Origin: Candidatus Saccharimonadota bacterium
GTDB taxonomy: Bacteria; Patescibacteriota; Gracilibacteria; BD1-5; UBA6164
Assembly (NCBI GenBank): GCA_965227835.1
Contig: OZ245768.1
Coordinates: 750,001-782,000, forward strand
Reading direction: 5' to 3'
DNA length: 32,000 bases
A program made the translations under genes and the position numbers. The notes under the pieces are model-generated. The model saw only the letters and a program-made list of their open reading frames with translations, had not been told where the DNA came from and did no database searches. Below are positions 29,907-32,000 of the stretch, piece by piece (position 1 is the first letter of the stretch; the number at the start of each line of letters is the position of its first letter).

Positions 29907-30642
29907 ATGTATATTTGATCTGAAAGAAAAAAATTGAGATTAAAAGATTATAATTATTCAAGTAATTGATATTATTTTGTCACGATATGTACGAAAGATA
30001 GAATGAATTATTTTGGTGAGATAATTGATTGAAGGATGATTTTAAACGAATATGGGAAGATTGCTGAAAAAGAGATTTTAAAAACACCATATATAAGAGA
30101 AGAAATAAAAATTGATGAATTTATTATAATGCCAAATCATTTACATTTGATTGTTGTGATTGAAAATGGGGTAAATTTTGGGAATGTGGGGAATGACGGA
30201 AATATATCCAATGTGGGGAATGTTTCAAACATGGGGAATGCGGGAAATGTATCCACCGTGAAAAATGTATCCACCATGCCAACCGTAGAACACAGGCCTG
30301 CGTTCCCTACGGTTGGGACGTTCATCACGGTTGGGACGTTCACCACGGTTGGAACGTTCACCACAATCATCACAATCCCCCAATTCAATACAAAAAAATT
30401 ACCAACAACAAAACCATTACACAAAAAACAAATTATCAAACACAATACAAAGAATAAAATCACAAATAACATTAAACATAAGAAAACAATTAAATGATTT
30501 TACATTTAAATGGCAAAAATCATTCTTTGATAAAATTATACGAACAAAAGATCAATTAAATAAAACAAGAAAATACATTATAAACAATCCTTTAAAATGG
30601 GAATTTGATGAGAATAACCACAAAAAAAGACCCTCTAATTAG
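29907..30642 (+). pseudogene. IS200/RAYT-like HUH (Y1) transposase gene interrupted by a GC-rich tandem-repeat insertion and a +1 frame change
   Basis: The N-part in frame 0 reads MYIGSERKKLRLKDYNYSSNGYYFVTICTKDR…IMPNHLHLIV (HUH motif). The C-part in frame +1 (30289-30642) reads …LSNTIQRIKSQ…FKWQKSFFDKIIR…RKYIINNPLKW (catalytic Tyr region). The two cannot be joined without a frameshift somewhere in 30289-30430. Confidence 0.75.
30177..30362. repeat. Intragenic GC-rich tandem repeats
   Basis: Degenerate GGGGAATGT-type units span about 30177-30280. Three 18-bp units ACGGTTGG(G/A)ACGTTCA(T/C)C span 30309-30362. Confidence 0.8.
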
Positions 30643-30663
30643 AGAGCCTTTTTATATTTTATC

Positions 30664-31548
30664 TTACAAAATATTTGAAACATCAGAAGATTTAATTGGC
30701 TTTTTCACGAATTGATTGGCACTTGAAAAAGATTGTATATTTTGCTTTCTTTCTCTATTTTTAAGAACATCAAGTCTAATCTCTTTTATCTTGTTCATAG
30801 TATCCACGAAATGATCATATTTTTCAGCAATACCACAATAAATAACTCAAAGAGAATATTTACTACATGCTTTTGACTGCTCTATATTATGTTTATTCAA
30901 AATCTCAAAACTCTTACAATCTTCATGCAAAGTCTTACTTTCAACTATAACTAAATTCTTTAAATTAACCTCACTTTGTTTAGGATTCCTCAAATTCTCC
31001 ATCCTTATTTGAAAATCAATAGTAAGCCTTTCTTCTCAAACCTTGGAAACAAGAGTTATCCTTTTGTATTTAGTCTTTATAGAAGGGCTTATCTTGGGAG
31101 CTTTTTTTCAATCATAAACAGACTGCCAAACTCATTCAAAAAATCTTTTCTTACCCTTAGTCATAACTCAATGTTCTTGACTGGGAAACTCATACCTATA
31201 TTTTCTAGTTATACCATCTGTCTTATGCTTATATTCAAAAAAAGCTAAATCAGAATCTTTGTATAATCTAGTTCTTATTTTTGTCCTAGAATTAACTCAA
31301 TCTTGATGATTTTTATAAAACAAATAATCAGGTGTATCCATATAAACATTATCATAATTAAAAACTCTTCTATCAGCTATTTCCAAAACTCTAAAATCTT
31401 TCTTAAAATCCTTCAATACCAACTCAAACTCAGAGTTTGTCATTAAAAATTTTCTATCTATTCTTTTTAAAAAACTTGCACTAGCATTTAGTTCAGTAAG
31501 AGTAAGTTTATCAAACTCTTTCAAACTAAAATTAAAAACTTTTTCCAT
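30664..31548 (-). CDS. VTC-domain (polyphosphate polymerase-like) protein
   Basis: Supplied ORF 31297-31548 (…FLKRIDRKFLM…RVLEIADRRVFNYDNVYMDTPD…) continues through TGA codons to TAA at 30664-30666 (294 aa). The pattern is typical of bacterial VTC domains. Confidence 0.7.
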
Positions 31549-31851
31549 TTTTATTTTTGTTTTTGTTAGGAATATAAAATATTTTGTGGAAAAATTTAAT
31601 TCTTTATTGATTAAAATTTTTTAACTAAACTTGAAAAAAGACATTAAAATAACTGCTATAGCAGACATCAAAATATAAATTTATCAAACAAAAGTTAAAA
31701 AGTTACTACAAGAATTTTGAAAAATATTTCTAAATATACTTTCTTTAAAGATATTCTATAGTAATTTTTTTAATTTTAAAGGGAAATAATAAACCTCTCT
31801 TTATCCCACTGATTTATGATATCATACTTAAAAAATACTGTCAAAAAAATA

Positions 31852-31875
31852 AGGAGAAAAAAATATTTTTCTCCT
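31852..31875 (-). terminator. Probable intrinsic terminator for the gene ending at 31943
   Basis: AGGAGAAAAA-AATA-TTTTTCTCCT with a T-run on the minus strand (plus-strand A-run at 31843-31849). Confidence 0.4.
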
Positions 31876-31942
31876 GAAGAAGTCTATAAAGCAGTGACAA
31901 ATAAAGCAAAAAATAAGTTAAAAAATTTTTTAAAAATGTATT

Positions 31943-32000
31943 CTAATCTTTAATTTCGTTTTCAATTATATTAAGTGGTTCATAAAACTTTTCTAGATTA
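31943..32000 (-). CDS. 3' end of an unidentified gene (…NLEKFYEPLNIIENEIKD-stop)
   Basis: Open minus-strand frame running into the window edge, with TAG at 31943-31945. It is too short to identify. Confidence 0.3.
   Translation of the reverse strand, partial: NLEKFYEPLNIIENEIKD

Noticed and set aside
30137-30472. A 111-aa minus-strand ORF and the 153-aa and 109-aa plus-strand ORFs over the repeat block. Also considered: a diversity-generating retroelement template/variable repeat pair.
   Set aside because: The minus ORF is antisense to the RAYT gene and consists of repeat-encoded low complexity. The repeats are short tandem units rather than a roughly 100-bp TR/VR pair differing at adenines, and no reverse transcriptase is present.
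30976-31248. Supplied plus-strand 90-aa ORF.
   Set aside because: It is antisense to the VTC-domain gene (30664-31548), which is continuous under table 25.
1-32000. Alternative explanation of sense TGA as tryptophan (table 4, Mycoplasma/Spiroplasma-like), given the AT-richness.
   Set aside because: TGA aligns with invariant Gly, not Trp, in P-loops (GxxGxGKT/S), LPXTG, the prepilin cleavage site, PGCT and M23 motifs. TGG is separately used at typical Trp positions (e.g. FSWPVP, NWH).

Overview
This is a very AT-rich bacterial window that only makes sense if TGA is read as glycine (NCBI translation table 25, known from Gracilibacteria/BD1-5 and Absconditabacteria/SR1 in the CPR). TGA sits at invariant Gly positions: the MutS Walker A GPNMGGKST, TsaE GAGKT, Bcp PGCT, an LPNTG sorting signal, the prepilin G-1, and the M23 peptidase motifs. 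All host-type genes stop at TAA or TAG. The supplied ORF track uses the standard code, so it fragments almost every gene and reports many spurious antisense ORFs. Hand re-translation gives about 30 genes. Envelope and surface genes include an M23 hydrolase, two type IV pilin-like proteins, an FN3/LPXTG protein, MscS, MgtC-like and 7TM membrane proteins. Housekeeping genes include bcp, tsaE, a ferredoxin, a DnaQ-like exonuclease, an SPL-like radical SAM enzyme, a STAS protein and a VTC-domain protein. There are two IS5-family insertion sequences with inverted repeats and flanking direct repeats, a 5'-truncated mutS, and a frameshifted IS200/RAYT-like HUH transposase gene. Two families of intergenic hairpin repeats are also present. 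The two most interesting signals follow. (1) At 20.15-21.46 kb (minus strand) lie two tandem, GC-enriched, apparently structured non-coding RNA genes. Each is driven by a 100%-identical 198-bp block carrying a consensus promoter, and each ends in an intrinsic terminator. Their ends look homologous and share a closing helix that differs in sequence but keeps complementarity, and I found no RNase P, tmRNA or SRP signature motifs. (2) At 1.5-4.3 kb lies a tandem cluster of three paralogous membrane-protein genes (one intact, one frameshifted, one truncated). Unlike every neighbour, the intact and frameshifted copies (25 Gly codons) use no TGA-Gly codons and carry canonical AAGGAGG ribosome-binding sites, and all three copies end at TGA directly before a conserved GC hairpin. 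In other words, it is a standard-code-style island inside a recoded genome. All coordinates and translations were derived by hand and should be recomputed with table 25.
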